Part shown: in pieces, positions 43,151-54,162 of the stretch
How the letters are laid out: each line of letters starts with the position of its first letter
Position numbering within the stretch: the first letter of the stretch is position 1
From: Hydrurus foetidus
Lineage: Eukaryota
Length of the DNA stretch: 64,000 nucleotides
Reading direction: 5' to 3'
Assembly: GCA_900617105.1 (NCBI GenBank)
Contig: UYFQ01000001.1
Coordinates: 124,001 to 188,000, forward strand
The notes under the pieces: model-generated
What the model was told of the DNA's origin: nothing
Databases searched by the model: none
What the model saw: the letters and a program-made list of their open reading frames with translations, nothing else
Position numbers and translations under genes: made by a program

Positions 43151-43686
43151 ACGGCGCCGCCGTACTGAATGGCCACCAGAATGTCTTTGACGCAACGTGT
43201 GCCATAAGACGTTTTTGCGGCTGCCAGCGGGCTGTCGCCTTCCAGCATGGGGTGGGGGCGGCGCAGCCAGTTCATGGCGGCTTCTTCGGTCTCGAAGATG
43301 TCGGTGGCCAAGGCTTCCAATTCCAGCACGCGCAGCACACTTTCCGCAGAGTGGGTGGGCAACGGCAGGTCTTTTTCGGCACGCCGCTGCGCGGTGGTGC
43401 GGTCTAAATCGAGGATGCTGGCCAGCTCTGCTTTTCCAATACCTAAAAATTGTCCCAGTGGCGTGATGGCGCGGCTGGATATGCCTGTGCGCAGAATGCG
43501 CATAGCCGCTTCGCTGCTGAAGCCGGTGCGGTTCGTAGCCATGGGTTCGCTGACCATGTGACCACTGACGGCTCCTGTTTCCGTGGTGAGTACCGACGGA
43601 GAAGGTGCGCTCTGGGGCGCAACAATTTGCCACAGGGCGTGCCGGGTGTGGGCGTGTGAAGGCAAGAGGGCGGTGTTCATCATCAT
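43147..43686 (-). CDS. Xre/MbcA/ParS-family antitoxin
   Basis: HTH region then IF...AMNWLRRPHPMLEGDSPL...IQYG. Confidence 0.88.
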   Translation of the reverse strand: MMMNTALLPSHAHTRHALWQIVAPQSAPSPSVLTTETGAVSGHMVSEPMATNRTGFSSEAAMRILRTGISSRAITPLGQFLGIGKAELASILDLDRTTAQRRAEKDLPLPTHSAESVLRVLELEALATDIFETEEAAMNWLRRPHPMLEGDSPLAAAKTSYGTRCVKDILVAIQYGGAV

Positions 43687-43739
43687 TGTGCAATTACATC
43701 ACAGGATGGATGCAATTGCACTGAAAAACGCTTGAAAAG

Positions 43740-44864
43740 CTAAACCGCTCTCGGCTCTTGCTGCGTTGTGCAGTGAATGCTGCCCCCGCCAGACGCGATG
43801 CCGTCCACATTGAGCTGCACCACGGTGCGCCCTGGGAAGGCGTTTTCCAAGGCCAATTTGGCGGCTCTGTCGGCTTGCGCGTCGCCAAATTCCTGGGCAA
43901 TGATGGCACCATTGCAGGCATAAAAACCGATGTAACCGGCTGCGAATTCGGCGGGGGGATTGGCACTTCTGAGTGTGCTGGGGGCTTCCAGCGTCACCAC
44001 TTTGAGCTTGCGGCCTTGTGCGTCGGTGGCAACCGCCAGCAGGGCCAGGTGCTGGCGGGTGACGGCGTGGTCGTAAGAATCGGGGTCGGGGTCGTAGCCC
44101 GCGAGCACCACGCCTGGACTGGCGAAGCGGGCATAAAAATCGGTGTGGCCGTCGGTGATGTCTTTGCCTTTGATGCCGGGCAGCCAGATGATTTTTTGCA
44201 GCCCCAAGAGCGGTTTGAGCAGGGCCTCAAAGTCAGCTTTTGAAAGCCCAGGGTTGCGGTTGCTGTTGAGGGTGCAGCTTTCCGTGATGATGGCCGTGCC
44301 CGTCCCATCCACCTCGATGCAGCCACCCTCCAGCACCAAGCGGGTGCTCAGGCGCGTGGCTGTGGTGCTTTGCGTGATGGTGCTGGCGACTTGGTGGTCT
44401 TGCGCGTAGGCTTGTTTTTGGCCCCAGCCGTTGAAATTAAAGTTGATGCCTGCTTTACCGCCTTGCCCATTCACCACAAAGCACGGCCCGGTATCACGCA
44501 TCCACAAGTCGTCCAAAGGCGATTCCAGCAGTTGCACGGCTGAGCCTGCCAGCAGGGTTTTAGCCGTCGTCAGTTCACTGCTTCTGACCAGCATCGTGAC
44601 CGGTTCAAACTGGGCAATGGTGCGTGCGATGGTCGACACATTGCGCTGGACTTCGGGCAGCAGCTTGCGTCCCCAGATGGCTTCGCTGGCACCAAAGGCC
44701 ATCCATGTGCGGGTATGGGGTTCGGCCTCATCAGGCATTCGCCACGCTGTGGCTGCTGGCGCTGAAGTGGCCGGTGGTGAGACGGCTTGTGCTTCGGGGT
44801 TGCCCCCGCCACACGCTGTGAGAGCCAGTCCACCGACAGTTTGGACAAAGGTGCGTCTTGGCAT
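43740..44864 (-). CDS. Agmatine deiminase family protein with Tat lipoprotein signal
   Basis: MPRRTF...LTAC; WMRDTGP, LEGG, TDGHTD, GGGSIHCTTQQEP. Confidence 0.9.
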   Translation of the reverse strand: MPRRTFVQTVGGLALTACGGGNPEAQAVSPPATSAPAATAWRMPDEAEPHTRTWMAFGASEAIWGRKLLPEVQRNVSTIARTIAQFEPVTMLVRSSELTTAKTLLAGSAVQLLESPLDDLWMRDTGPCFVVNGQGGKAGINFNFNGWGQKQAYAQDHQVASTITQSTTATRLSTRLVLEGGCIEVDGTGTAIITESCTLNSNRNPGLSKADFEALLKPLLGLQKIIWLPGIKGKDITDGHTDFYARFASPGVVLAGYDPDPDSYDHAVTRQHLALLAVATDAQGRKLKVVTLEAPSTLRSANPPAEFAAGYIGFYACNGAIIAQEFGDAQADRAAKLALENAFPGRTVVQLNVDGIASGGGSIHCTTQQEPRAV

Positions 44865-44904
44865 ATTGTTCACGGTTTTCCCTCTTCTGGCTATTTTTGC
44901 GTTG

Positions 44905-45567
44905 TTATGGTGCCAATCGCTGGCGAATCCAGCCTTCTTTGCTATCAAGCGTATAGCGCAACCGGTCATGAAGGCGGCTGCGTCGCCCTTGCCAAAACTG
45001 CCAAGCTTCAGGCACTAAGCGGTAACCTCCCCAATGCGGGGGGCGGGGTGGGTTGAGCAAATACTGTGCGCCCACTTTGGCGGCATTCGCGACCAGCACC
45101 GCCCGGCCTGAAATCACCTGCGATTGCGGGGAAGCCCATGCACCCAAGCGGGAATCCAGCGGGCGGCTGTGGAAGTAGGCATCGCTCTCAGCGGCACTGA
45201 CTTTCTCGACGCGGCCTTCAATGCGCACCGTACGCTCCAGCTCTACCCAGTGAAATTGCAAGGCGGCAAAGGGGTTGCCTGCCAGCTCTGTACCTTTGCG
45301 GCTTTCGTAGTTGGTGTACCAGACGATGCCGCGCTCGTCATAGCCTTTGATGAGGACGATGCGGGTGCTGGGGCGCAAATCGGGGCCCACGGTGGCCAGC
45401 GTCATGGCATTCGGCTCGGGTAACTGGCCGCTGATGGCCTCGTTCAGCCACTGGGTGAATTGGGCCAGTGGGTTGCTGTGCGAGGCGGATTCGTCCAGCT
45501 CAGCGCGTTCGTAGCTTTTGCGCAGGTCGGCGAGGGCAGGAGAGGGTGGTGTTGCGAATGAGGTCAT
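44905..45567 (-). CDS. pdxH: Pyridoxamine 5'-phosphate oxidase
   Basis: [40 protein letters not shown]. Confidence 0.96.
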   Translation of the reverse strand: MTSFATPPSPALADLRKSYERAELDESASHSNPLAQFTQWLNEAISGQLPEPNAMTLATVGPDLRPSTRIVLIKGYDERGIVWYTNYESRKGTELAGNPFAALQFHWVELERTVRIEGRVEKVSAAESDAYFHSRPLDSRLGAWASPQSQVISGRAVLVANAAKVGAQYLLNPPRPPHWGGYRLVPEAWQFWQGRRSRLHDRLRYTLDSKEGWIRQRLAP

Positions 45568-45696
45568 GTGCGTGCAGGCGTGGGGGTTGCGGTTTACCCT
45601 GTGCGTGAAAGCCAAGAGAGTGGCCGCTAAAGCTGACAGTGGAGGTGCGTTTGGAAAATAGCATACCCGCATTGGCGGGCTGGCATATAATCCTCA

Positions 45697-45716
45697 AAAA
45701 GAACGGTCGTGCTTTT
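45697..45716. promoter_or_regulatory. Putative FadP-type (TetR) fatty-acid regulon operator upstream of etfB
   Basis: Near-palindrome AAAAGAACGGTCGTGCTTTT. Confidence 0.6.
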
Positions 45717-45795
45717 TTGTGGTTTGAGCACTGTTTTGGGTGCTGTCACAGGGGTGTCGCTGCTATGGGGCTGGCCGCAGCATAAAATCATTTGG

Positions 45796-45811
45796 TTTAC
45801 GTATACGTCAA
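45796..45811. promoter_or_regulatory. Putative LiuR (MerR-family) operator upstream of etfB
   Basis: Near-palindrome TTTACGTATACGTCAA. Confidence 0.65.
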
Positions 45812-45843
45812 TTCGACAATTCAATTTCTCAGGAGTCATGAGC

Positions 45844-46593
45844 ATGAAGGTACTGGTCGCAGTCAAACGCGTGGTGGACTACAACGTCAAAGTTCGCGTC
45901 AAATCCGATGGCACAGGCGTGGACATCGCCAACGTCAAAATGAGCATGAACCCGTTTGACGAAATCGCCGTCGAAGAAGCTGTTCGCCTCAAAGAAAAAG
46001 GCGCTGTCACCGAAATCATCGCCGTCTCTTGCGGCGTGCAGCAGTGCCAGGAAACCCTGCGCACCGCGATGGCCATCGGTGCTGACCGCGCCATCCACGT
46101 GCTGACCGACGAAGAGCTGCAACCCCTGGCCGTAGCCAAGTTGCTCAAAGCCTTGGTGGACAAAGAGCAACCCGGCCTCATCATCTTGGGCAAACAAGCC
46201 ATTGATGACGATTGCAACCAAACCGGCCAAATGCTGGCCGCCCTGGCCGATTTGCCGCAAGCTACCTTCGCCAGCAAAGTCGAGATCGCTGACAACCAAG
46301 CCCTTGTCACCCGTGAAGTCGATGGCGGCTCCGAGACGCTGGCGATCAACCTGCCCGCTGTGGTGACCACCGATTTGCGCTTGAACGAGCCACGCTACGT
46401 CACCTTGCCCAACATCATGAAAGCCAAGAAGAAGCAGCTCGACGTGTTCAGCCCCGCTGACCTTGGTGTTGACGTGGCTCCCCGCATCAAAACCCTCAAA
46501 GTCAGCGAGCCACCTCAGCGCAGCGCCGGTATCAAAGTACCCGATGTGGCTACCTTGGTCGCCAAGCTCAAGACTGAAGCCAAGGTCATCTGA
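45844..46593 (+). CDS. etfB: Electron transfer flavoprotein beta subunit
   Basis: [32 protein letters not shown]. Confidence 0.97.
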   Translation: MKVLVAVKRVVDYNVKVRVKSDGTGVDIANVKMSMNPFDEIAVEEAVRLKEKGAVTEIIAVSCGVQQCQETLRTAMAIGADRAIHVLTDEELQPLAVAKLLKALVDKEQPGLIILGKQAIDDDCNQTGQMLAALADLPQATFASKVEIADNQALVTREVDGGSETLAINLPAVVTTDLRLNEPRYVTLPNIMKAKKKQLDVFSPADLGVDVAPRIKTLKVSEPPQRSAGIKVPDVATLVAKLKTEAKVI

Positions 46594-46628
46594 ACCTTGC
46601 AGGCTCAACTGATTTAGAAAGAACTCAC

Positions 46629-47561
46629 ATGACCTCCTTAGTTATTGCCGAACACGACAACGCCAGCATCAAAGGCGCCACCCTCAACACCGTGACCGCC
46701 GCTCTTGCGTGTGGTGGTGATGTTCACGTTCTGGTGGCCGGTGCCAACGCAGGCGCGGCCGCTGCTGCCGCTGCCCAGATCGCAGGCGTTGCCAAAGTTA
46801 TCCACGCTGAAGGCGAGCAGTTCGCCCACGGCCTGGCTGAAAACGTCGCCGCCCAAGTGGTTGCCCTCGCAGGCAGCTACAGCCACATCCTGTTCCCATC
46901 GACTGCCGCTGGAAAAAACGTCGCCCCCCGCGTCGCGGCCAAGTTGGACGTGGGCCAGATCAGCGACATCACCAAAGTGATCGCTGCCGACACCTTCGAA
47001 CGCCCTATCTACGCTGGTAACGCCATCGCCACCGTGCAAAGCCTGGACGCGACCAAAGTCATCACCGTGCGCACCACCGGCTTTGACCCTGCTGCTGCCA
47101 GCGGTGGCGCAGCAGCTGTTGAAGCTGCCTCTGCCGTGGCCGACAGCGGCAAGAGCAGCTTCAAAGGCAGCGAGATCGCCAAGAACGACCGCCCTGAGTT
47201 GACCGCCGCCAAAATCATCGTCAGCGGTGGCCGCGCCCTGGGTTCCAGCGAAAAGTTTGCCGAAGTGATGACCCCGCTGGCCGATAAACTCGGTGCCGCG
47301 ATGGGTGCATCTCGCGCCGCTGTGGATGCAGGCTACGCGCCCAACGATTGGCAAGTCGGCCAGACCGGCAAGATCGTCGCCCCTCAGCTGTACATCGCTG
47401 CCGGTATCTCGGGTGCTATCCAGCACTTGGCCGGTATGAAGGACAGCAAGGTCATCGTCGCGATCAACAAGGACGAAGAAGCGCCTATCTTCAGTGTGGC
47501 GGATTACGGCCTGGTGGCTGATTTGTTCACCGCAGTGCCTGAGTTGGTGGCTGCGCTGTAA
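46629..47561 (+). CDS. etfA: Electron transfer flavoprotein alpha subunit
   Basis: [28 protein letters not shown]. Confidence 0.97.
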   Translation: MTSLVIAEHDNASIKGATLNTVTAALACGGDVHVLVAGANAGAAAAAAAQIAGVAKVIHAEGEQFAHGLAENVAAQVVALAGSYSHILFPSTAAGKNVAPRVAAKLDVGQISDITKVIAADTFERPIYAGNAIATVQSLDATKVITVRTTGFDPAAASGGAAAVEAASAVADSGKSSFKGSEIAKNDRPELTAAKIIVSGGRALGSSEKFAEVMTPLADKLGAAMGASRAAVDAGYAPNDWQVGQTGKIVAPQLYIAAGISGAIQHLAGMKDSKVIVAINKDEEAPIFSVADYGLVADLFTAVPELVAAL

Positions 47562-47595
47562 GTTCAGCCCTCAGCAGGACTTAAAACGCCTCACA

Positions 47596-47631
47596 CAGCC
47601 CTCTTGACCCCTGTCAGCAGGGCTGTTTTTT
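47596..47631 (+). terminator. Intrinsic terminator after etfA
   Basis: ACAGCCCT...AGGGCTGT followed by a T run. Confidence 0.6.
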
Positions 47632-47661
47632 TACGTTCGAAACAGCTTCCGAGACAAAGAA

Positions 47662-49452
47662 ATGACTTACAAAGCCCCCCTCAAAGACATGCTGTTCGCG
47701 ATCAAGCACCTCGCGAACATCGAACAAGTCGCCCTTATCCCCGGTTTTGAAGACGCTGGTTTCGAGACCGCCCAGGCCGTGCTCGAAGAATGCGCCAAGT
47801 TCAACGAAAACGTGTTGGCTCCGCTGAACTGGGAAGGCGACAAAAACCCCAGCAGCTGGAAAGATGGCAAAGTCACCACCACGCCCGGTTTCAAAGAAGC
47901 CTTCAAACAGTACACCGATGGCGGCTGGCAAGGCTTGCAGCACCCGGTGGAATACGGCGGCCAAGCCCTGCCCAAGTTGATTGGCGCGGCCTGCGTGGAA
48001 ATGCTGAACTCCGCCAACATGAGCTTTGCCCTGTGCCCGCTGTTGACCGACGGCAACATTGAAGCCTTGCTGACAGCCGGTTCCGACGAGCTCAAAGCCA
48101 CCTACCTGCACAAGCTGGTCAGCGGCCAGTGGACGGGCACGATGAACCTGACCGAGCCACAAGCCGGTTCCGATTTGGCGATGGTGCGCACCAAGGCTGA
48201 CCCTCAGCCCGATGGCACGTACAAAGTATTCGGCACGAAGATCTTCATTACCTATGGTGAACACGACATGGCCGAGAACATCGTCCACCTCGTGCTGGCC
48301 CGTGTCGCTGGTGCGCCGGAAGGCGTGAAGGGCATCAGCCTGTTTGTGGTGCCCAAGTTCATGGTGAACAAAGACGGCACACTGGGCAGCCGCAATGATG
48401 CGCATTGCGTCAGCATCGAACACAAAATGGGCATCAAGGCCAGCCCCACAGCGGTGCTGCAATTCGGTGACAACGGTGGTGCTGTGGGTTACTTGGTGGG
48501 CGAAGAAAACCGAGGCTTGGAATACATGTTCATCATGATGAACGCCGCCCGCTATGCCGTGGGAACCCAAGGTATTGCGGTGGCTGAGCGCTCGTACCAG
48601 CAGGCCGTGAATTTCGCCAAAGACCGCGTGCAAAGCCGCCCCGTGGACGGCTCCATCAAGGCCAGCGCTCCCATCATTCACCACCCCGACGTGAAGCGCA
48701 TGTTGATGACGATGCGTGCCTACATCGAAGGCTGCCGCGCTATGGCAACCGTCGCTGCCGCTGCTTACGATGCCGCCCACAAGCACCCTGATCCTGAAGT
48801 GCGCAAGCAAAACACGCTGTTCTATGAGTTCATGGTGCCGCTGGTCAAGGGCTACAGCACTGAGATGAGTTTGGAAGTCACGTCTTTGGGCGTACAGGTT
48901 CACGGTGGCATGGGCTTCATCGAGGAAACCGGTGCCGCCCAGCACTACCGCGATGCCAAAATTTTGACCATCTACGAAGGCACTACCGCCATCCAGGCGA
49001 ACGACTTGGTGGGCCGCAAAACCATGCGCGATGGAGGGCAAACCGCCAAAGCCATTGCCGCTCAGATTGAGGTGACAGAAAGCGAACTTACCGCTTTGGG
49101 CACTGCCGATGCCGTGGCCGTCGCCAAGCGCCTCAAAGCTGCCCGCTTGGCCTTTGTAGAGGTGGTGGACTTTGTGGCTGGTAACACCAAATCATCGCCC
49201 AACGCCGTGTTTGCGGGTAGCGTGCCTTACCTGATGCTGGCGGGCAACCTGATGGCTGGGTGGCAAATGGGCCGGGCTTTGTTGGTGGCGCAACGCGAGC
49301 TGGCCAGCGGTGAAGACGCAGCTTTCATGCACGCCAAAATCACCACAGCTCGCTTTTACGCCGACCACCTGCTGACCAAAGCGCCAGGGATGCGCGACAG
49401 CATCGTCGAAGGCGCAGAGTGCGTGACAGCGCTGGCCTTGGACGCTTTCTAG
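47662..49452 (+). CDS. Acyl-CoA dehydrogenase
   Basis: MNLTEPQAGSD, KIFITYGEHD, QVHGGMGF, IYEGT. Confidence 0.95.
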   Translation: MTYKAPLKDMLFAIKHLANIEQVALIPGFEDAGFETAQAVLEECAKFNENVLAPLNWEGDKNPSSWKDGKVTTTPGFKEAFKQYTDGGWQGLQHPVEYGGQALPKLIGAACVEMLNSANMSFALCPLLTDGNIEALLTAGSDELKATYLHKLVSGQWTGTMNLTEPQAGSDLAMVRTKADPQPDGTYKVFGTKIFITYGEHDMAENIVHLVLARVAGAPEGVKGISLFVVPKFMVNKDGTLGSRNDAHCVSIEHKMGIKASPTAVLQFGDNGGAVGYLVGEENRGLEYMFIMMNAARYAVGTQGIAVAERSYQQAVNFAKDRVQSRPVDGSIKASAPIIHHPDVKRMLMTMRAYIEGCRAMATVAAAAYDAAHKHPDPEVRKQNTLFYEFMVPLVKGYSTEMSLEVTSLGVQVHGGMGFIEETGAAQHYRDAKILTIYEGTTAIQANDLVGRKTMRDGGQTAKAIAAQIEVTESELTALGTADAVAVAKRLKAARLAFVEVVDFVAGNTKSSPNAVFAGSVPYLMLAGNLMAGWQMGRALLVAQRELASGEDAAFMHAKITTARFYADHLLTKAPGMRDSIVEGAECVTALALDAF

Positions 49453-49545
49453 AGGTTTTTTTGATTTGCTCTGTTTTTTGTAGCTGTTACCGCTTATCTG
49501 ATAAGCGGTAACAGGTGTTTTAACCCTTCAATCTGATCGAGATTC

Positions 49546-50511
49546 ATGTCCAAATTGCCTCTTCCTCTGCAAAACCTGCCTTTGCCCATCATTGCCTCGC
49601 CGCTGTTCATCATCAGCACACCCAAATCGGTGATCGCCCAGTGCATCTCCGGCGTGGTCGGCTCCATGCCCGCGCTGAATGCCCGCCCTGCGGCGCAACT
49701 TGAAGAGTGGTTGATTGAAATCACCGAAACTTTGGCTGCGTACAACAAGGCGAACCCTGACAAACCCGCAGCGCCTTTCGCCATCAACCAGATCGTCCAT
49801 AAAAGCAATGATCGCCTGGAGCACGACATGGCGATGTGCGTCAAATACAAGGTGCCGATCATCATCACCAGCCTGGGTGCGCGTGAGGACATCAACGCCG
49901 CTGCGCACAGCTACGGTGGTGTGGTGCTGCACGACATCATCAACAACAAGCACGCCCGCAAAGCCATCGAAAAAGGCGCGGATGGCCTGATCGCTGTGGC
50001 TGCCGGTGCGGGCGGCCATGCAGGGGTCAAAAGCCCCTTTGCCTTGATCCAGGAAATCCGCCAGTGGTTTGACGGCCCCATTGCCTTGAGCGGTGCCATC
50101 AGCACAGGCGACGCTGTGCTGGCCGCGCAAGCGATGGGCGCTGACTTTGCCTACATCGGTTCCGCGTTCATTGCGACCGAGGAAGCCCGTGCCGTTGAAG
50201 GCTACAAGCAGGCCATTGTGGACAGCAACTCGGACGACATCGTCTACAGCAACCTCTTCACCGGCGTGCATGGCAACTACTTGGCACCCAGCATCCGCGC
50301 CGCAGGCATGGACCCCGAAAACCTGCCTGAAGGCGATCTCAAGACCATGAACTTTGCCACCGGCGAAGGCAGCAAGGCCAAAGCATGGAAAGAGATTTGG
50401 GGCTGCGGTCAGGGCATTGGTGCAGTGGACAAGATTTCCACCACCGCAGAGTTTGTTGGCAAACTCAAGCGTGAATACACCGCTGCACGGGCGCGGTTGC
50501 AACTGGCCTAA
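49546..50511 (+). CDS. Nitronate monooxygenase family flavoprotein
   Basis: IIASPLFIIS, GAGGHAG, AYIGSAFIATEE. Confidence 0.9.
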   Translation: MSKLPLPLQNLPLPIIASPLFIISTPKSVIAQCISGVVGSMPALNARPAAQLEEWLIEITETLAAYNKANPDKPAAPFAINQIVHKSNDRLEHDMAMCVKYKVPIIITSLGAREDINAAAHSYGGVVLHDIINNKHARKAIEKGADGLIAVAAGAGGHAGVKSPFALIQEIRQWFDGPIALSGAISTGDAVLAAQAMGADFAYIGSAFIATEEARAVEGYKQAIVDSNSDDIVYSNLFTGVHGNYLAPSIRAAGMDPENLPEGDLKTMNFATGEGSKAKAWKEIWGCGQGIGAVDKISTTAEFVGKLKREYTAARARLQLA

Positions 50512-51101
50512 GTCAACAACGCCTCTTTGACAAAATCCAACCGGTCTTGTCCAAAGAACATCTCGTCGCCCACAAACACCGTGGGCGCACCAAACACCCC
50601 GCGTTGAACGGCTTCCTCGGTGTTGGCTTTTAAAGCTGCTTTCACCTCGGCGTCCATCACCAGCGCCATGATCTCCGTTGCCGCGAACCCGGCTTTTTCA
50701 AACACCTGCACCGCGAGTGCCGGGTCATTCAGGTTCTGTGGCTCTACCCACATGGCTTTGAACACCGCACTCAGCACCGCGTCAAAGCGCGTGGGCTGGC
50801 GCAGCTGAATGCCGACCAGGGCACGCATCAACGTCAAAGTGTTGACAGGGAAGTGGGGGTTCATCGCCAGTGAAACACCGTAGCGCTTGGCAAACCGTGC
50901 GATGTCTTTGCCCATGTAACGCCCTTTTTGCGGCACAGCACCCGGTGGCTGATTGCCCGTTGCTTGGAATACGCCGCCCAACAGCATCGGCTTGTAGACC
51001 AGCGTGGCACCCATTTGGGTACAGAGATCAGGCAGCTGCGTCCAAGCTAAATAGACTGTGGGGCTGCCGACGTCAAAGAAAAATTCTGCGATTTTTGACA
51101 T
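50508..51101 (-). CDS. 2-hydroxychromene-2-carboxylate isomerase / DsbA-like (GST kappa) protein
   Basis: FFFDVGSP, GVFGAPT, FFGQDRL. Confidence 0.92.
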   Translation of the reverse strand: MSKIAEFFFDVGSPTVYLAWTQLPDLCTQMGATLVYKPMLLGGVFQATGNQPPGAVPQKGRYMGKDIARFAKRYGVSLAMNPHFPVNTLTLMRALVGIQLRQPTRFDAVLSAVFKAMWVEPQNLNDPALAVQVFEKAGFAATEIMALVMDAEVKAALKANTEEAVQRGVFGAPTVFVGDEMFFGQDRLDFVKEALLT

Positions 51102-51148
51102 GGTTGATTTCCTTATGTACAGGTTAAACAGCGGCTGAATTTTACTTA

Positions 51149-51175
51149 AACGATCGTTCAATAAACGAACGGTAT
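51149..51175. promoter_or_regulatory. Putative TetR operator(s) between divergent genes
   Basis: Palindrome AACGATCGTT followed by the similar AAACGAACGGTA. Confidence 0.45.
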
Positions 51176-51222
51176 GCTATTGTCGAAAATCTGTCAACCC
51201 GGAAATTACCCCCTGTTAGCTT

Positions 51223-51804
51223 ATGCGTTACGCCACCACACACAAAGACGAAACCCGCAAAAAGCTCATGGCCAGCAGCCGTGCCATTGCCAAAAAGGGC
51301 GGCTTTGATAGCACGGGTGTTGATGCGCTGATGGCCTCCATCGGTCTGACAGGTGGTGCGTTCTACAGCCACTTTGCGTCCAAGCAAGCGCTGTTCGAGG
51401 CGCTGATTGCCGAAGAAATGGACAACAGCAGCGACATGCTCGCCGGCAGCGCCGATTCGCCCGATAACCACGTCGCCAAGTGCCTGCGTGATTACCTCAG
51501 TACCTTCCACGCCCTCAACCCCGAAGTTGGCTGTGTACTGCCCACCTTAGGTGCTGAGATTGCCCGCTCTGGCCCTGCCGTGCGCACCCAGGTAGAGGCA
51601 GCACTCAAGCGCACTCAAAAGAGCTGGAGCGCCCGCACCGACGACCCCGATACCGCTTGGGCACTCATCTCCCAGTGTGTAGGCGCACTGGTGTTGGCCC
51701 GTGCAGTGGAAAGCGATGACACCCGCAAAGAAATCCTCGCCGCCAGTCGCCGATTTTTAGACAAGGTTCAGGCGCAGACCCCACTACCAAGTGCCACTCC
51801 TTAA
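51223..51804 (+). CDS. TetR/AcrR-family regulator
   Basis: GVDALMASIGLTGGAFYSHFASK HTH. Confidence 0.93.
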   Translation: MRYATTHKDETRKKLMASSRAIAKKGGFDSTGVDALMASIGLTGGAFYSHFASKQALFEALIAEEMDNSSDMLAGSADSPDNHVAKCLRDYLSTFHALNPEVGCVLPTLGAEIARSGPAVRTQVEAALKRTQKSWSARTDDPDTAWALISQCVGALVLARAVESDDTRKEILAASRRFLDKVQAQTPLPSATP

Positions 51805-51927
51805 CACTAAGCAACTCGTTGACCTGCATGCTTCGGAGTGACGTAAATCACCATGGGCTGGCCTTGGTATTTGATTTCAGGGATTCACCCTGCTACAATC
51901 GATAGTTCACGACCAAATTGTCGAAAG

Positions 51928-51958
51928 ACGGGCGGGTAATTACCGCTCGTTTTTTTTG
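51928..51958 (+). promoter_or_regulatory. Terminator-like hairpin in the rimP-nusA-infB leader
   Basis: GACGGGCGGG-TAATT-ACCGCTCGT plus T run upstream of rimP. Confidence 0.5.
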
Positions 51959-52012
51959 GGCCATCGTTTTCGAATGCTGGCCTTTTTGCTTTTTTAAATA
52001 CCCTTTATACAC

Positions 52013-52618
52013 GTGGCGTTGCAACAAATTGTTGAAGTTACCGTAGCCGGTTTAGGCTATGACCTCGTTGAGATTGAGCGCTCAGCAGGTGGTTTGCTGC
52101 GCATCACGATTGATTTATTGCCTGAAGCTGCCGCTGCGGCAGAGGCCTTGACGGGTTCACCGTTCATCACGGTAGAAGACTGCGAAAAAGTGAATCGCCA
52201 GTTGCTGTTTGCTCTGGAGGTGGATGGCATTGATTACAAGCGCATGGAGGTCTCGTCGCCGGGTATTGACCGGCCCTTGCGGCACGCCAAAGATTTTGAG
52301 CGGTTTATCGGCTCCATCATTGATGTGACGCTGAAAGCGCCCATTGGTTCTATCGGTCAGGATGCCGCCGTTCACGCAAACCGCAAGAAATTTCGCGGCA
52401 CACTGGAAAAAGCCGCAGCAGAAAATACGGCAGCCCTGTGGCAAATCGTTTGGCGCGATGAGCCCAAGACCAAGCCAGGCCAAAAGATAAGTAAAAACCG
52501 TGTGCCCTTGCCTTTGCAGGCGCTGGGCTTTACGTTGGACGAGGTGCGCGAAGCGCGGCTTGCCCCGATTGTTGACTTCAAAGGCAGAGGCGCTAACGCC
52601 CTGCCACAAGCAGAGTAG
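52013..52618 (+). CDS. rimP: Ribosome maturation factor RimP
   Basis: ITVEDCEKV, EVSSPGIDRPL; first gene before nusA. Confidence 0.95.
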   Translation: MALQQIVEVTVAGLGYDLVEIERSAGGLLRITIDLLPEAAAAAEALTGSPFITVEDCEKVNRQLLFALEVDGIDYKRMEVSSPGIDRPLRHAKDFERFIGSIIDVTLKAPIGSIGQDAAVHANRKKFRGTLEKAAAENTAALWQIVWRDEPKTKPGQKISKNRVPLPLQALGFTLDEVREARLAPIVDFKGRGANALPQAE

Positions 52619-52630
52619 GAGAGTGGTGGC

Positions 52631-54138
52631 ATGAATCGAGAGATGTTAATGTTGGTGGAAGCCATCTCGCGTGAGAAAAACGTCGAGCGTGATGTGGTGT
52701 TTGGTGCAGTGGAAGCTGCACTGGCCCAGGCAACCAAAAAACTGTTCGGCAGCGCTGAGGTAGATATCCGCGTTGTTGTAGACCGCGATAGCGGTAGCTA
52801 CGAGACCTTCCGCCGTTGGCATGTGGTGCCCGATGAAGCGGGTTTGCAGTTGCCTGACCAAGAGATTTTGCTGTTTGAAGCCAAAGAGCAAATTCCTGAC
52901 ATCGAAGTCGATGAGTACATCGAAGAAGCTGTGGAATCGGTGCCGATTGGCCGTATCGGTGCGATGGCCGCCAAGCAGGTGATTCTGCAAAAAATCCGTG
53001 ACGCTGAACGTGAGATGCTGCTGAACGATTTCATGTCGCGCGGTGACAAGATTTTCGTGGGCACCGTCAAGCGCATGGACAAGGGTGACTTGATCGTGGA
53101 AAGCGGCCGTGTCGAAGGTCGTTTGCGCCGCAGCGACATGATCCCGAAGGAAAACCTGCGCACTGGCGACCGTGTGCGCGCCATGATCATGGAAGTGGAC
53201 TTGACCCTGCGCGGTGCGCCTATCATCCTTTCGCGCAATGCGCCTGAGTTCATGATTGAGTTGTTCCGCCAGGAAGTGCCCGAAATTGAGCAGGGTCTGC
53301 TGGAAATCAAATCCTGCGCCCGTGATGCCGGTTCGCGCGCCAAGATCGCTGTGCTGTCGCATGACAAGCGCGTTGACCCTATCGGCACCTGTGTTGGTGT
53401 GCGTGGCACCCGCGTCAATGGTGTGACCAACGAACTGGCTGGCGAGCGCGTCGATATTGTGTTGTGGAGCGAAGACCCAGCCCAGTTCGTTATCGGTGCT
53501 TTGGCCCCGGCCAATGTGTCGTCTATCGTGGTGGACGAAGAGCGCACATGATGGACGTGGTGGTGGACGAAGAAAACCTCGCGATGGCGATTGGTCGCGG
53601 CGGTCAAAACGTGCGCTTGGCATCCGATTTGACTGGCTGGAAGATCAACATCATGGATGCTGCTGAATCGGAAGCTAAAAAATCCGGTGAAAGCGAAGCC
53701 ATCCGCAAGCTGTTCATGGAAAAGCTCGATGTCGATCAAGAAATTGCCGACATTCTGTTTGCCGAGGGCTTCACCAGCCTCGAAGAGGTGGCGTACGTGC
53801 CGCTGCAAGAAATGCTGGAGATTGAAAGTTTCGACGAAGACACCGTGAACGAGCTGCGTGCCCGTGCCAAGGATGTTTTGTTGACGATGGACATCGCCCG
53901 CGAAGAAGGTGCTGAGCCGGCTGAACCCGTCTCCCAGGATTTACGCGATTTGGAAGGCTTGACGCCTGAAATGATCGTGAGCTTGGCCGATGGCGGCGTA
54001 CACACCCTAGACGACCTGGCCGATTTGGCCGTGGACGAACTTACAGATATCACTGGCCAGTCTGCGGACGAAGCCAAAACGCTAATCATGAAGGCTCGTG
54101 CGCACTGGTTTACCAGTGACGCGGCCTCTCAAGCGTAA
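52631..54138 (+). CDS. nusA: Transcription factor NusA, frameshift near 53545 (probable sequencing error)
   Basis: [20 protein letters not shown]; then [13 protein letters not shown] and acidic repeats in another frame. Confidence 0.93.
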
Positions 54139-54162
54139 CGGTCATGAAAGGTTACACAACAC

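Noticed and set aside
42680..43693. 337-aa ORF suggesting a long RES fusion protein
   Set aside because: Its N-terminal half overlaps the antitoxin in another frame; a TTG at 43150 gives a normal-sized RES toxin.
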